Positions 1 through 13,535 of a stretch of 64,000 bases of DNA are shown here, piece by piece. The position numbers and the translations under genes are program-made. Each line of letters starts with the position of its first letter. Position 1 is the first letter of the stretch. The stretch lies in contig CM041465.1 in NCBI GenBank assembly GCA_023213395.1, positions 59,651,741-59,715,740 of the forward strand. The letters run 5' to 3'. This DNA is from Cycas panzhihuaensis. Lineage: Eukaryota > Plantae > Cycadophyta. The notes below the pieces were generated by a model, which saw only the letters and a list, made by a program, of their open reading frames with translations, did not search any database and was not told the origin of the DNA.

Positions 1-980
1 CCTGTGTGAACTTTATTCATCGCCTGTATGACTGCATCATCCTCTGTTACTGGTCTACACATTGCGCATGATGGTAGGTTCAAAACTCACATTCATCATA
101 TCTTGGTGATGAAGGTGGTGTAATAATCAGTGATCCATTCACTTTAGCAACATGCTTATTCCATTATGTTTACTAAGGGGTAAAAAGACATTGGGGCTTT
201 CTTCAATGCAGAAATTAAGTCAAAAAATATTTCAGGCTTCTAAACATCAGGAAATCTACTAAAAGTTTGTCTCATCGCAAGCTTTTGTGCCAAAAAACAT
301 AAAGAAAGGAACATTGGATGATAACATGTTAAACAGAAATAGATGAGCTACCTACAATTTTTTTCTCCAATAAAGTTGAGAAAAGTAAGATAGATTCATC
401 ATTAGTTGACAGTAGACATGCTTGTAAAGCTATGATATTAATTTAGAAGAAGATTTTTAGGGCATGTTATTTTTAGTTCTGCACCCTCGACAGCAAAAGT
501 ATAATCTGGAGTGCTTTCTTTAGATCGTTTGATGGTTCAGCTAACGAAATTACAGTTTTGAAGGGGTAAAATATTCCACAGCAAAAAATAATCCCAAGCG
601 ATTTATTCAAATCGATAGATCCCATCATCAAATGGCTTAAAAAATATGGTGCAAATTAAACTTTGGGAGTTGTGACATACTAGCAAATCTCACCTTTAAA
701 ATCACCTGTCTACGTACTTGTAGTTATGTCTATCTTCAATCCATTCGGCGTTTATACGTAGACTTATAGCTACTGCATTCCATCATCAATATGTGTGAAG
801 ATGAATACCCTCTCCACAATGTGTAGTTCATGAATGATACATGAATACTATTTTGGATCCCACCAATCGGCCTCTCTTGATCCATTATAGAAGTGGGAAA
901 TATAAGACTGGATGCGTGGGTCAATATATGAATCGGGCAGTACCCGAACAACACTAAGTATGCATACAAGTGCAGGTCAC
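1..980 (-). pseudogene. Unidentified host-like coding fragments (probable captured cargo of element A)
   Basis: Retains CpG and is less AT-rich than its flank. Minus-strand frames read like protein interrupted by stops, e.g. LSVVRVLPDSYIDPRIQSYISHFYNGSREADWWDPK* and AQKLAMRQTFSRFPDV*KPEIFFDLISALKKAP. Source genes not recognised. Confidence 0.4.
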
Positions 981-2133
981 CACTATTTTATTCATATTAT
1001 AATTTTAGGCATTGATATATTTCAATATTCAATACGTCTTTAGTTAAAGGTTGCCCCTTATGTTTATGATTTGACGTTATAAGTTATTCTCCTTTAAGAT
1101 TGTCCATTATCAAAGATCATATTAAAGTGAAGATGCCTTAATATGGAGTTTTTTTAAGGTTCATTTGATTATCATTACCATTTTATTTTTTTGGTCTCTC
1201 AAGTTTAACTATTTTTTATAATCATGAAGTTGTCTAATTAGAGTATATTAAGTCACATTGGCTTAATATAAAGATGTGTGATATAGATGTTATTTTTGGT
1301 TGATTTATGTAGTCACTTTACTATATATGATTAAAGTGGCAAGAGGTCCATCTAATGGTGTTATAAGACAATGTTATGGTGAAGTAAAGTGGAAAATAGT
1401 CCTTTTTTATCATTGGAGATGGTATTTTTTGTAAGTGGACAAGCATATATTTAATGGTAATATGTGATTGAATGGAATAAGGTATTTGGTGGCTCTCTAG
1501 CTTGCAATTAAATGGGAGAGTGTTTTGGTGATGTGATATGGCATTAAGTCATGTTGATATGGGTGACTATTGGTAACTTGAGATGCATGATGGAAATTAA
1601 GATACATGTGGTTTGTTGAGGTGATTATGCATGTGTTTACATGAGTGAGTTAGGTGGTATATGGTGATTTAGTACTCCATGAAATGTGACTTAAATAAAG
1701 TAGCTTTATGGGAAAAGAAGAAGGCATGATAAGGCAAAGTTGAGGACAAGGAAAATGGTGACTTGAGGTAATGAGGTGCTTATTACATGTGAGGTTACTA
1801 ACACGTTTTAAGGATGAGACTAGGCCTATTTAATTATGTGTTCTAATTGATTGAATTAGCAAAGAACGATGAGTTTTTTGTTGAAGTTACCTGAGTTACA
1901 AGTATAGTGGTGTGAGTTGTGTTTAGGCAATTAAGTGAAGTGTGTGTCTTGGCAATTAAATTGTGATATAAGTTGTGCATGATTTCTATGAGATGCATGT
2001 GGCCTAAGCATTGATTTGATGGTGGAGTAAGTGTTTCAAATACTTGTTGTATATGACTGCTTGATAGTATAAGAGATGTAATATGAGGGACATCAGATAT
2101 GAGAAAGTTTGTTGAGATTGATGAGTCAATTTA

Positions 2134-3306
2134 TTGATTAAAAAAGGGACATGGCATATGGAAATGGCATTTACAATCATGGAGGATAATGATATGGTTA
2201 TATATGCTCCTGAAATAGATGAATATTACTTAAGGGATTCGTTTCTTCCAACACTTAAGTGCAAGGGAGAAGACTATTTTTTTTGGACAATTAAAATGAG
2301 ATGCTTTTTCATAGTTAGAGGTTTGTGGAAGATTGTTACTGATGGGTATGATATCCCTAAGGATGAAGAAGAAAAGGAAATTCTTGAGAAGAAAGACCAA
2401 AAGGAATTCATTATGATTCATGCTACATTCAATGAGATTGATCTTCCTTCCAAATACCATTTTGTCATTCCTATGATTCTACATACAAGCACTGCTAAAG
2501 AAGCTTGGGATTTTCTAAGGGAAGTATTTGAACAAACTCCTGAAGAGACATGACGAATGATTAAAAAGGTAATTAATGATAATTATGGTTAGGGTACAGG
2601 TATAATGAATGAATAAAATATCAACAACACTGATGAAACGACATGTCAAGATGAAGAATGTATGAGTACTGATGAAAATTCTACTAAATGTAAAGAAATG
2701 ATGGTTGAATACATTGATGAGATTACTTATGAAGACATTGAAAGTGATGAATCAATAAAAGTTCATTTAGATGACACCATGATTTCAAGAGAAATTGAAT
2801 CTGATGATCCTATAAAGGATGAGTCTTATATTGATGATATTCCTACTTTAAGTATTGATTCAAGTTTGAATGATATTCCTTCTTTGAGCATTGATTTAAG
2901 TTCAAAGAGTATGCAAGTTGATCAAGACTCCACTCCTAAGATTGAAGAAATCATTATTGCACATGGTGATCAAGAACTTATACAGGGCAATGATGGCAAG
3001 CAAGTTGTGTTTAAAAATGGTTACTTACAGGATCTTCATCACAATCAAACTAGACCAGCCGTAATGAAGAATCAGGATTTGTAACTACTAGAGTTGTTGC
3101 ATCAACATCATCACTACAGGATTGAAGATAGAAATCAAGCTAAGAATATCATCTTAAAAAGGTATCAGTATGGAATTGAAGATAAAAATCAAGATGAAGA
3201 CATCATTTTGCAGCAAAGACATCACTATAAGATTAAAGACAAGGATCAAGTTAAAGACATCATTCTCAAGACATTTCCAAGGACAAAGTATTGCAAATAC
3301 AAATGA
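2134..3306 (+). pseudogene. Truncated copia gag (DUF4219/UBN2-type N-terminus) + acidic linker + RNase H-tail-like repeats
   Basis: KGEDYFFWTIKMRCFFIVRGLWKIVTDGY...KKDQKEFIMIH...STAKEAWDFLREVF is a typical copia gag start. The end, DQVKDIILKTFPRTKY..., resembles the copia pol C-terminal DQxADIFTKxL motif. Confidence 0.7.
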
Positions 3307-3329
3307 TCCAAATGTGCATTAAGGGGGAG

Positions 3330-3549
3330 TGTTAGAATATTAATGCACATTTGATTTGTCCCACATGCAAGTGGACCCTACACTTCCATCATGACTTATA
3401 TTATAAATACATAATATTATGTATCATATGGTAAGGTTGTTATAATGATATTTTGTTAATACAATGGAGGTACCTTAAGTGTACCATTTGATCCTATAGA
3501 TATGTTCTATTTTGTTTACCAATATCTTATTGCAGGTTGATTTCCAACA
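3330..3549 (+). repeat. 3' LTR of element A
   Basis: TG...CA termini, immediately after a polypurine tract. Confidence 0.7.
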
Positions 3550-5049
3550 ATTTTCTAAAAAGTAAATAAGAAGATAAGAACAACACCTTCCTACCAAGGA
3601 GGCAAAAAATTGGTGAAATATAGGGTAAGGAGCCATTTTATTAGAGGTTTAACTATAAAATATTTTCTTTTTCTTTTATAATTTTTTTTTTCTATTGCTA
3701 ATGGTTAATTCATTAATTTAAAATGATTACATATATTGTGAAATGAAAAAAGTTAGGGAAAGAATGTCATACCCACCATCCCCTTAGATGATTACATCAA
3801 AAACTTCCCTTAAGGTGAAACATAAAAAAAAAAAAAGATTACATCAAAGCCTTCAAGCCTAGCAACCAAATAGCACAGATTAGGTAAACTCCCACCCTCC
3901 TTTGCTAATAAAAGGGAGAAACCCATAATCCCATCCCTTTTATCAAGGGGATCCTCTCTTGGCTTCCATACTTTATAGGTGGTAAGTTATATGTTGACTG
4001 GCATAAGCACTTGGGTGGTACACTGCTTATTCATTCTCATGCCAATTATGTTGACTTACATTTAAGAAGTTAAGAGTTGTTTCTATTGAGATAATTCTAT
4101 AAAGCTATGTTTGGATTTACTTCTTCCTTTAGAGCATCTCTATAGGATTCCACCTACCTCAAGCTTCCTTCCTCTAGTAGGACTCTAGACATAATGTAGG
4201 TGGATATGCCATAGTGTTTAATAAGCTCAAACAAGCAAATCAATTCCACTTGGACTTTATGGGCTTGAATATTAATCTATAAATTACATATGTTATGAAT
4301 TATTAGGAATATATCATATGGAAGATGAATGTGGATGCTTTGTATTAAAAAACATAATATTCCTAAATTTCTAGATTGTAAATAATACTTGAATTCTTAA
4401 ATATATTTTTAACTATTTACAAATTATCATGTTATATTTGAAACCACTTATACTTCTATATTCTAATTTCTAATCATAAAAGTAAAATATTAGAATTATT
4501 CATCTATAGAAACCTTATTTTTCTTCCTAGTTTCGCTTCATTAATTTTCTAATGTAAAAAGCCAAAATACAATTTTTGGGACTATTCTAATGCCAAAATT
4601 CTATCCCTAGCATGAACAAGTTGATTTTAATTTTTTTTTGTTAATTAGGTACTTTGTAGGCCCCATAAATTATATGGTTTGCATACATAATCATATGACC
4701 TTAGGTTGACTCTATACAAACTATATTAGGTCTATACATCTTACGTAGGCCTACATGGACTACTAATAGTCTATATAAGCCCATTTTAGGTTCAAATCTA
4801 ATCTATAAATGGCATAGTTAGGGGTATATGCAATAAGAGACTCCTTTGGGATAGAATTTTCATAACTTATTTCTCTACTACTTTTGCATAGAAATATGAA
4901 TTTTAATCAAGAATAATAGAATTTATAAATTAAGGAGGAGATATCCACAAAAAGTTCTTAAAAATTATATAAAAACATAAGCCATAATAAGGTTGGGATA
5001 CTTACCTATCTTTCCCTTCTTAGATCTGCTTGTGGTTGCATGGTGGAAA

Positions 5050-5800
5050 TGGATAGATTGATAATAGATCTACTACCTTCATAAATGTTCCATTATGGTT
5101 ATAATAGATTTGTAATGGATTGATCAAGTGGAGGGATGTGTTTTTTAGTAAGTGCAATAGTTCTAAGATATTCCTCTTCTTATGTGTTATTTCTAGTAGT
5201 GTGGGGGGCATTTAATTTATGTTATAAGTTGCAAAAGGGCAAAGTAAATGAGTCCAATAGTTTATCTTGAGTGATTATGTTAGGGTCTTTAGAAGATTCA
5301 TGCTTGTCTTATTTATTGTTAAAGAGGCAAAGAACGTTGTTATTTTATTGCCATTATGGACATACCAGGTAAAAGGCATACATATGATTTTATGGATCCT
5401 TTCCTTATATACCTTTAAAGTGAGGTAATGAAGGGATAAGGAGGGGAATATAAGTGATTTAAATATCAATAGTAAGAGGTCCTTATATATAATCTATATA
5501 GTACCTATGAAATCCTTAAGGGAGAGTTATTAAACATATGGTAGATAAGAAATATTTGGTATGGCTAGATTACTTTAAGATGAAAAAAATCTAGGAGGGA
5601 GACTTTGTTGCACAAAAGTGAGTTATATGAAACTCATATTAAACCACCTAGATTGAACATTTATTATAAGATAGCTCAAAAATAGATTGGATTATAAGGA
5701 TGTGAATGTAGAGCCAAATTGATAAAACATACTAACTTAAGGTTGAACTTGAGGAACTTGATAAGGTTGTGAGCTAACAAGAGCGTATGAAAGTAATTGA
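5050..5800 (+). mobile_element. Highly degenerate LINE (L1-type) ORF1/DUF4283-like relic
   Basis: Broken frames such as EAKNVVILLPLWTYQVKGIHMILW and RRGDFVAQK resemble the plant L1 ORF1 GPW...W.P and R..FAR..V motifs. Boundaries approximate. Confidence 0.35.
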
Positions 5801-7799
5801 AAGACAGGCACCTAATGAGGTTTGATGCCCCTATGGGATTTTATGAGAAAATGTCTAGTGATGAGTATTTAAAGAAAAAGTTCCTAATCCATAATAATAA
5901 AAAGTCCATACTAGTAGCCTTGAATTATTAACTAATGATAATATCATTTATAAAAGTGCATCACCATTGATCTATGGGTTTTTGTAGCTTAAAGTTTCAT
6001 CTTGAAGGTTTACTTCTTAATTTAACAAAGTGCTTAAAGCTTGGAGTAATTGAGTGGAAGTAATAGGTAAATAGGTACTAACTCAAGGCAAGACTTATTG
6101 AATAGTTCATTGTGAGATTGATTAAGAGATACCTTATGTGAGGGGTTGTAAATACTGACCAGGGTTAATTTTGTATTGTGATAAAAGAAGTTGACATACA
6201 AAAGTAGATGGAGGTTAATTATATCAAAATATAATAAATTATAAGAGTGTTCATACAAAGTAACAAATATCTTTTGTAAAGATTTTTGAGTTCTTTTCCC
6301 GCATTAATTCATTTTATGTATTCTCTAAAAATAAACTAATGTGTTCCTCATAATTGTTTTCTTTGTTAAATCAATCAAATGAAAAATGTAAAATAAATAA
6401 AATAAAACATATAGGCTTTTATACAGTTTATTGCTTGAGAAGTGATTCTGCTTGATGATGAGTGGGAGTGTGAGTATAAGCATTCCTTCCTTGCCCAATC
6501 TTCCTTCTACCTATAAAATAATGTTAAAGAGAACTATAAGGCATCCCTAATCCATTAAAAAAAATCAAATCTTAAGCATAAAGGAAATCAATAATTACCT
6601 TATCTACCAATGAGATTATATATAAGTAGTCTGAATAAACACTTTGAAAGCTCTTTTTAAGTGATATAATGAGAGAAAAAGATAAGATAAGTCTAAGCAA
6701 ATAGATGTGCAAGAAAAAAATAAATCTGAAAAGATAAAATATGAACAAAATAATAATAGAAAAAGATGATCAACATGTATCGTAAAACAAGTTAAAATTA
6801 TAATAAAACAATGAGAGAATATCAATGATAGCATAGATGATCCAAAGAAAGACACAACACAAAAGCTAATACTATAGAAGCACAATAGTAATCTATGATG
6901 GTATCATAGATGATATGAAGAGACCAGTGGTACTATAGAAGAGAGTACGATGATACCATAGATATATAATAGAAAATATGTAATATAAAAATAATAGATA
7001 TTATATGAACAATAAGGGGAACACACAGTGTTATCATAGAAGTAGTAATAGAGAGGCACAATAAAGAGTAAGCAGTATGGTAGAAAATAACAAATACAAT
7101 TTATGAAATTGTGATCACAATGAATGAGGCATGTAAAAATCTATATCTAACAGTGAAAGTAGATTAGAAATCAAGTCAATGTGTGCCTTGTTTGAGTATA
7201 AAAAAATAATAAATGAGGGTTGCTCTAGGGTTTTAGATCTAAAGGCCTCTTAGGACCAAATAGGCTTAAGAGTAGGCATGTATAATAAGCAAATTTAGAG
7301 AATGGACCTATAAATTCATGTAGTAGTTCTTTAAAAAAATATATTATTTTTGGGGATTCTATTATGAAGTTGACTTCAAAAACCATAAAATTGAATAAGA
7401 TAAAAATATAAAAGAGGAATAACTTCTTCATACAATCTCCATTTTTAAGCCATGGTTACTCAATTCATATCTACTTGAAGAGATCTACATAATGGGACTA
7501 CGTTAAAAAAGCAATTGCATTAAAAAACAAAGTCAAAATTGTAAAAGAAACAAAATGTAAATGAACAATGATAACAAAAAAATATTGCAATGGAATAAAT
7601 ACTAATTGTCTTGAGCATTAACTTATTTTAATTATTGTATCTCTACAACATAATGCATCGTAGAAGAAATCATTATTATGAGAGATATAATATGCATAAA
7701 CAAACCAAGGAAATTCTTAATCAAATACAAAGTAAATAAAATGACAAATAATAAATGCATGTATAATGAGACAAATAAATCATACATAACGTTTTAAAA

Positions 7800-8932
7800 T
7801 TTTAGGTAGAGGGACAATATTTGAGAAAATATTATGCACTTTAAGGAGGATGAGGATTTGGAGGAGGAATTTTGACAACATGAAGAAATTTTAAATGCCA
7901 TAGTTGGGGGAAAATGGGTCATAGAGATTTGAATGTGCCCTAAGAACTAAAGATAGTATAAGGAGCAAGGAAGTGAGATTTGATCTAGTGTAAGGAGAAA
8001 GGCTTGGAACATCAATGCCTTCTATACCAAGATGCTTAAAAGTGGGTTTAGATAACGAGATGTTATTAAGAGAAAGCAATTTTGGTAAGAGGAAGCATTT
8101 TAATGAATAATAGTTAAAGAAGAGAAAGAAGATTTCAACCAGTAAAGCCAAGGCAGGAGGTAAGATTTATAAGGTAATTATTGATGGAGAATGTTGTAAA
8201 AATATGGTGTTTATAAACATGGTAAAAAATCTAAAGCTACCTTGTCAGAAGCATGAGTCACCTTATAAGATTTTGTAATTTAAAAATGGAAATAAAATTA
8301 TAGTAAAGAAGAAGTATTTGGTGTCCTTTTAAATTGGCAACTATAGGGATAAGGCGTGGTATGGTGTAGTCCCTATAAATTCATGTCATGAATTATTAGG
8401 AAGACCATGGTAGTTGGAAAAGGAGTTATATGTCATAGAAAAAGGAATTACTACACTAAATCTAAAGAAAGGTAGAGACATTAATTTTTTCAAATTAGAG
8501 ACAAGAAGCATAAATTAGTGGTCCTTTCAAGTAAGTAGTTTATCAAAAAGTTCAAATGACAGGCATATGTTATGCCTTGATAACCAAGAAAAATAACGAT
8601 ATACCAAGTGGACCTATGCATGGAGAAATAGAGGCACTTTTAGAGGAATACTAGGATAATACATCTAATGACTTATTAGAATGGTTTACCTTATAGAGGG
8701 GAATCAAATATCACATAAATTTGATTTTAGGAACTAGCTTTCTAAACAAGCTAGCATATAATATAAAACCTCAAGAGAATGAGAAGGTAAATAAACAAGT
8801 ATAACAATTGATTAAGAAAGGGTTAGTACAAAAAAATTTAGCCCATATGCTTCATCAACACTACTTATCCCTAAGAAGGATGGAACATGGAGGATGTGCA
8901 TTGGTTTAAGAGCCATTAATAAAATCACTGTA
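7800..8932 (+). mobile_element. Ty3/gypsy relic, CRM-like (zinc knuckle, protease, start of RT)
   Basis: CHSWGKMGH knuckle; GGKIYKVIIDGECCKNMV...LKLPCQKHESPYK; GNYRDKAWYGVVPINSCHELLGRPW; [22 protein letters not shown]. Breaks off at ~8932. Confidence 0.8.
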
Positions 8933-10768
8933 TAAATATGAAAATATGGAAAGGACATGACTCTTGATATGTAGCATGTGGTAAATAATATCTCTTGATA
9001 AATGTGACTCTTGATAGATAGCAACTCTTGATTCATAACCATGTCAATTAATAGGTTTATGGGTTTGCAACATGCCCTCCCTTATTAAGAGAATAACTCT
9101 ACCCATAGAGCTTAGGAAAAATGTCAGCAAACTCTTAAGTCTCTTATGTTGTATCTTCTAGTAATAGCCTATTAGGGTTAATGCTCATCACCCCTCTCCC
9201 ACCTTCTAACTAGGAGTGCACATCTCACACTCATCAATTTACAAATGTGGATGCTCACATGTATAGGTAAGTATAAGGTAAGTTTAGTTGATTTGAGTTA
9301 AGTTTATTTTGAGTTAAGTTAAGTTATTATTTTATTGTTATTTGAATTTTAGGGGTTGAGGAGTTTCCCTCCTTCCCAAACTATATATTTTAAAGGGTGT
9401 GCAACCCTGGTGTTTTTAAACACCACCTTCATTATGGATATTTGTAATATTCTCTTCACAAAATGGATTGAATTCAAAGGATTATTATTTGTGCAACAAT
9501 GATGTATTGATTTATGATTATCTCTTTTATGTTATACCCTGTTCTCCATGATTTTTTTTCCTTCATCTGATATCAGAGTAGAGATTATTGGGCTATTGCA
9601 TCTCCTATTAAAATTTTTGTGAAGAGCAACAAGATTTATTGATATCTGCACCAGATCTACTTACAAACAAGTAATATTGGTTACATTTATTTTCTGCAAA
9701 GTTTTTTCATCAGTTTCTTATATTTTTTATCAGAGATCTGATTATTCTTGAGTTTTACTTGTGATTTAACAAATATATTTCAGATTTATTTTTATATTTA
9801 TACAGGTGAATAGATGCAAATAGAAAATATCAAATTTTATCACTCTACAAGAGGTTTTATCAACAAGTTTTATATATTTTTATCAAATATTTGACATTTT
9901 TCAAGCATATTTCATCTTTTTATCCAATACTTTTTCAGATCGGTGTAGGATTTCAGCTACAAGTAGTATTTATTCAAAGTTTTCTTTAAATCTGCTATAT
10001 ATTCTTCAGATCTACTCATTTTATCAAATATTTGACAGTTTTTTAGTTTATTTTGTTCAGATCTGTAATATCTACTCAAGTTTTTTTCAGATCTTCTATA
10101 TATTATTTAAATCTGTTATATATTTTTTAGATCTACTATATATTTCTCAGATCTATTTATTTTATTAATTATTTCACCATTTTCTGGTTGATTTCTTTCA
10201 GATCTGCAATATTGGTTATAGATCTACCATATTTACTTTAGATCTGTAATACTTATTTCAGATCTATAAAATTTATTTAAGTTTTCTTTCAAATCTATAT
10301 ATTTTTTATATATTTGACCATTTTTTTAAGTTCTTCTTTCAGATCTATAAATTTTGGTGCATATTCAGTTTTCTGGAGAAGCATATATAGCAGATCTATC
10401 TACTTGAAGAATGTGTTTGAAAGTTTGAAAAATATCTTGTCCTCAAAAATTCATTTTATGTTGCAAATCTACTACAACTATTTACCAGGTTCTTCATATT
10501 TATTTTTAGATCTAAAACATATATCTCTCATTTCTTTGATATATCTACTTCAACATATTTGAAATATTTTAGATTCAAACATATGTTTCTTGGTTCTTTC
10601 ATATCTTCTCTTGTATATTTGAAAATCTTAGATTCAAATATATATATTTTATTTATTTATTTATTCAATTTATTTTTCGTCAATATATTAAAAAAAATCT
10701 GATTCTTGCCTTCATTTTCTATATTGGAACACTCTCTCATATTTAGGAGGCACAGACCAATCATTCAA

Positions 10769-10789
10769 ATATATATATATATCTATCTA

Positions 10790-10873
<84 letters not shown>

Positions 10874-10949
10874 TGTATGTATGTATGTATGTATGTATGT
10901 ATGTATGTATGTATGTATGTATGTATGTATGTATGTATGTATGTATGTA
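10769..10949. repeat. Compound microsatellite (AT)n/(ATCT)n/(ATGT)n
   Basis: Seen directly. Confidence 0.97.
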
Positions 10950-11039
10950 GCTAAAACAATGCTCCTCTTTTATGTTTTATATAAATATATATTTTCAAAT
11001 ATTTTCTTGCTATATTTTTACACTTTCCCCATTTGCATA

Positions 11040-12180
11040 TAGGCCGTGAGAGCCTAGGTGTATCAATGTAATAAGATACAAGAGTATGGCCTTCAAGTTC
11101 AATGCTCTACATTGTCTTATGTATGCTATTGATATTCAGACTTCTTGATTCCTTCAACATTACTACTGTGATCCTTCCCGTATGGTAGATCTACTATGCA
11201 TCCTCCTTGGGCATCTTTGTCCTTTCTCGCTTCCAATAAATTGTTCCTATTAAATGCACTCTGTGGTGTTTTTTATACCCTCTATAAACTTATTACCAAT
11301 AGAATCAGAAACAATATTAGCTACCTCCTTTGCAAAATTACTTAGCCAAGAGAGTCTTGTGAGCAGCAACAAAGGGGGGGGGGGGGGGGAGTTCAATTTT
11401 TAGCATCCCTGCTTACATAAACTCTAATAGTTCTTTTTTGTAGGTGACATCTGTGAAGAGGAAGAGGTGTAGAGTGCTACCACTCTTATCAAATCACCAT
11501 CACCATACTTTAGCATATTTATTCATGGATTGAAAAACAAAGCACGCTTAGTGGTGGTCGTTAATGAAATAGACACTGTAAGTACGTTCATCAAATGCAT
11601 TTGTACAACAAAGCAACTTTGCAATCGACAGCATTGGAGAAATCTTATTACGATTTTAACTTCTAGCATAGTACTAAGCCTCAAGTAGATCAGAATTGCT
11701 ACAGAGCTAGATGCTCTAGATGTCACGTTGCAAAGTTGACAGCAGTAAAAGAAACGTCCATAATAATCCACCCCTAGTGGTAATCGAACATTCAACTAAA
11801 GTACAAAGAGGTCGTTTGTCCAAAACCAACCTGCCATGGACTCCGTTTCCGTTAACGGATGCGGCTGAACTTACACTAGATTGCCCCAGGTTTTAGATCC
11901 ACCCTCTTTGACAAACATATACGTACTTCTTTCTCCCTATTACAGCCCAAAGAGGATCTAGAAACACTCTCAGACACAGATGCAAAGTCCGTTAAGCATT
12001 AATTCGGTGCTATAACTGGGTCTATGTGAAACACCAGGCTTTGAGAAATTATTTAGCCAATTTGTTGATCTCTCTGTGACGGCGTGTAGGGCGGGATCAT
12101 ATCTGCAAAGGCATCTCCCTCTATGTTGTCATTCTCTGCGTGATCATGTGCAGGGCGACGGCAACGGCTATAGTGGTGGC
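11040..12180 (-). pseudogene. Host-like cargo inside copy 1 (source genes not recognised)
   Basis: Not shared with copy 2 and CpG-retaining. Minus-strand protein-like broken frames, e.g. VRLPLGVDYYGRFFYCCQLC and LLTRLSWLSNFAKEVANIVSDSIGNKF. Orientation is inferred by analogy with copy 2. Confidence 0.5.
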
Positions 12181-13535
12181 GCCAAATTTTTTGATTTGTT
12201 CAAAGTTTTTTAATATAATCTTTTTTATAAAGTTTAAAATATTAAATTAATTTTTATAAAAATTTTAATTCTAGACATTTAAAGGATTAAGCCCCTCAAG
12301 ATATTTAGCTCTTAGTTTCGTATTATCATATGTGACCTTTGGCTCATTGCTAAAGGGTCCTTTAACTTTACAATATTTTTTTTCTCTCTTTTTTTTAATT
12401 TTTCATTTCACATAGGGTAACTGGAATTGTTTTCCCATATCTATTCACTGAGTCATCGGTTTCTAATGAAACCTATCTCATTCCATCCAAATTTTTTTGT
12501 AGTATGATTTTAACTAGTCATATGACCTATTTAGTCCTAATTTGAACAGGCTTTAATCAGTTTAAAGTCAGGCATCAATTTTTTGAGCCTTTTTAAACTT
12601 TTTTTTTAAACTCATTTTTTTAACATATTATATTTTATCACCAAGAGATTATTTTGTACTCGGATCTATTCTGTAGTTATCTACTATCAACAAACTTCAT
12701 TACCACTTATTTATTTTAATTTTTAATCATTATTTTAATCGACCAAAGTGACACTTTAGTGTTTTTTAATATTTTTTTAAACATATTCACATAAAAGTAC
12801 TTATTGCTAATTTTATTATAACTTTTCTATTTTACATCAAAATTTAGTTCCGTTAGTTTCGTTGGGAATATGACTCACTTCTCTTCAAATTGACACTATT
12901 TTTTATTCATTTTAAAGTGTTTTTGCTAGTTTTCAAAAGTATTAAAGTAGAGGTACTTAATAGCCTCTAACCTATCATATTTACACATTTTGTATATATT
13001 ATTTCTCAATTTTTTAACTGAAAAGTATATTGAGTAGCCTTATAAACTATAATTGATCATTTTACAGCATTCTATAAGTATCTTATTAGCATTTTTATAA
13101 CATTTTGAGCCTCAGACTCCTGTTAGGCCTCAAAATAAGGATTGTACCTTTGATTCATCAAAACATTGACTTGTAGGAACTCGTTTTCAAAATGGTCAAT
13201 TCTATTGAATAGTTTTTTTTCATTAATCTTCATACTGGTATAGTTTCACTTTATTTTGACTTCATTTAGTACAAATTTAAAGTTGCTAAACTTAAGCATT
13301 TGACATATACCAACATTTAAAAAATTAAAAGACTGAGAATTCTTTTATTTTTCATCATCAAAGTTTCAATTCAGATTTGCATAATTAAAATAATCTTAGT
13401 TACATTTAAAATTTGCTTATATATTCATCATATTTCAAATTTTATTTAAAATTATATCTTATAAGCTTGTCATTTATTGACTTTTTTGACTTAGTAAAAG
13501 CATATTCTTTTTTATGTACTAAAGGTTTATGTAAA

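Larger units (their letters stand above)
1..3549 (+). mobile_element. Partial non-autonomous copia-derived gag-only LTR element (element A); 5' LTR lies outside the window
   Basis: Gag N-terminal ORF at 2134-2553, then PPT AAGGGGGAG (3321-3329) directly followed by a TGTTAG...TCCAACA LTR (3330-3549). No PR/INT/RT between gag and PPT. Host-like sequence at 1-980 and a G/T-skewed spacer at ~1000-2130. Confidence 0.7.

Noticed and set aside
3560-7800. Short hydrophobic ORFs (e.g. 6616-6885, 7225-7431)
   Set aside because: Products of AT-rich, strand-skewed decayed repeats with no recognisable motifs.
10706-11042. YVCM-repeat ORFs
   Set aside because: They are translations of the (ATGT)n microsatellite.
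11030-11070. Helitron 3' end explaining the cargo
   Set aside because: Only a 4-5 bp stem, no properly placed CTRR terminus and no equivalent in copy 2; not fully excluded.
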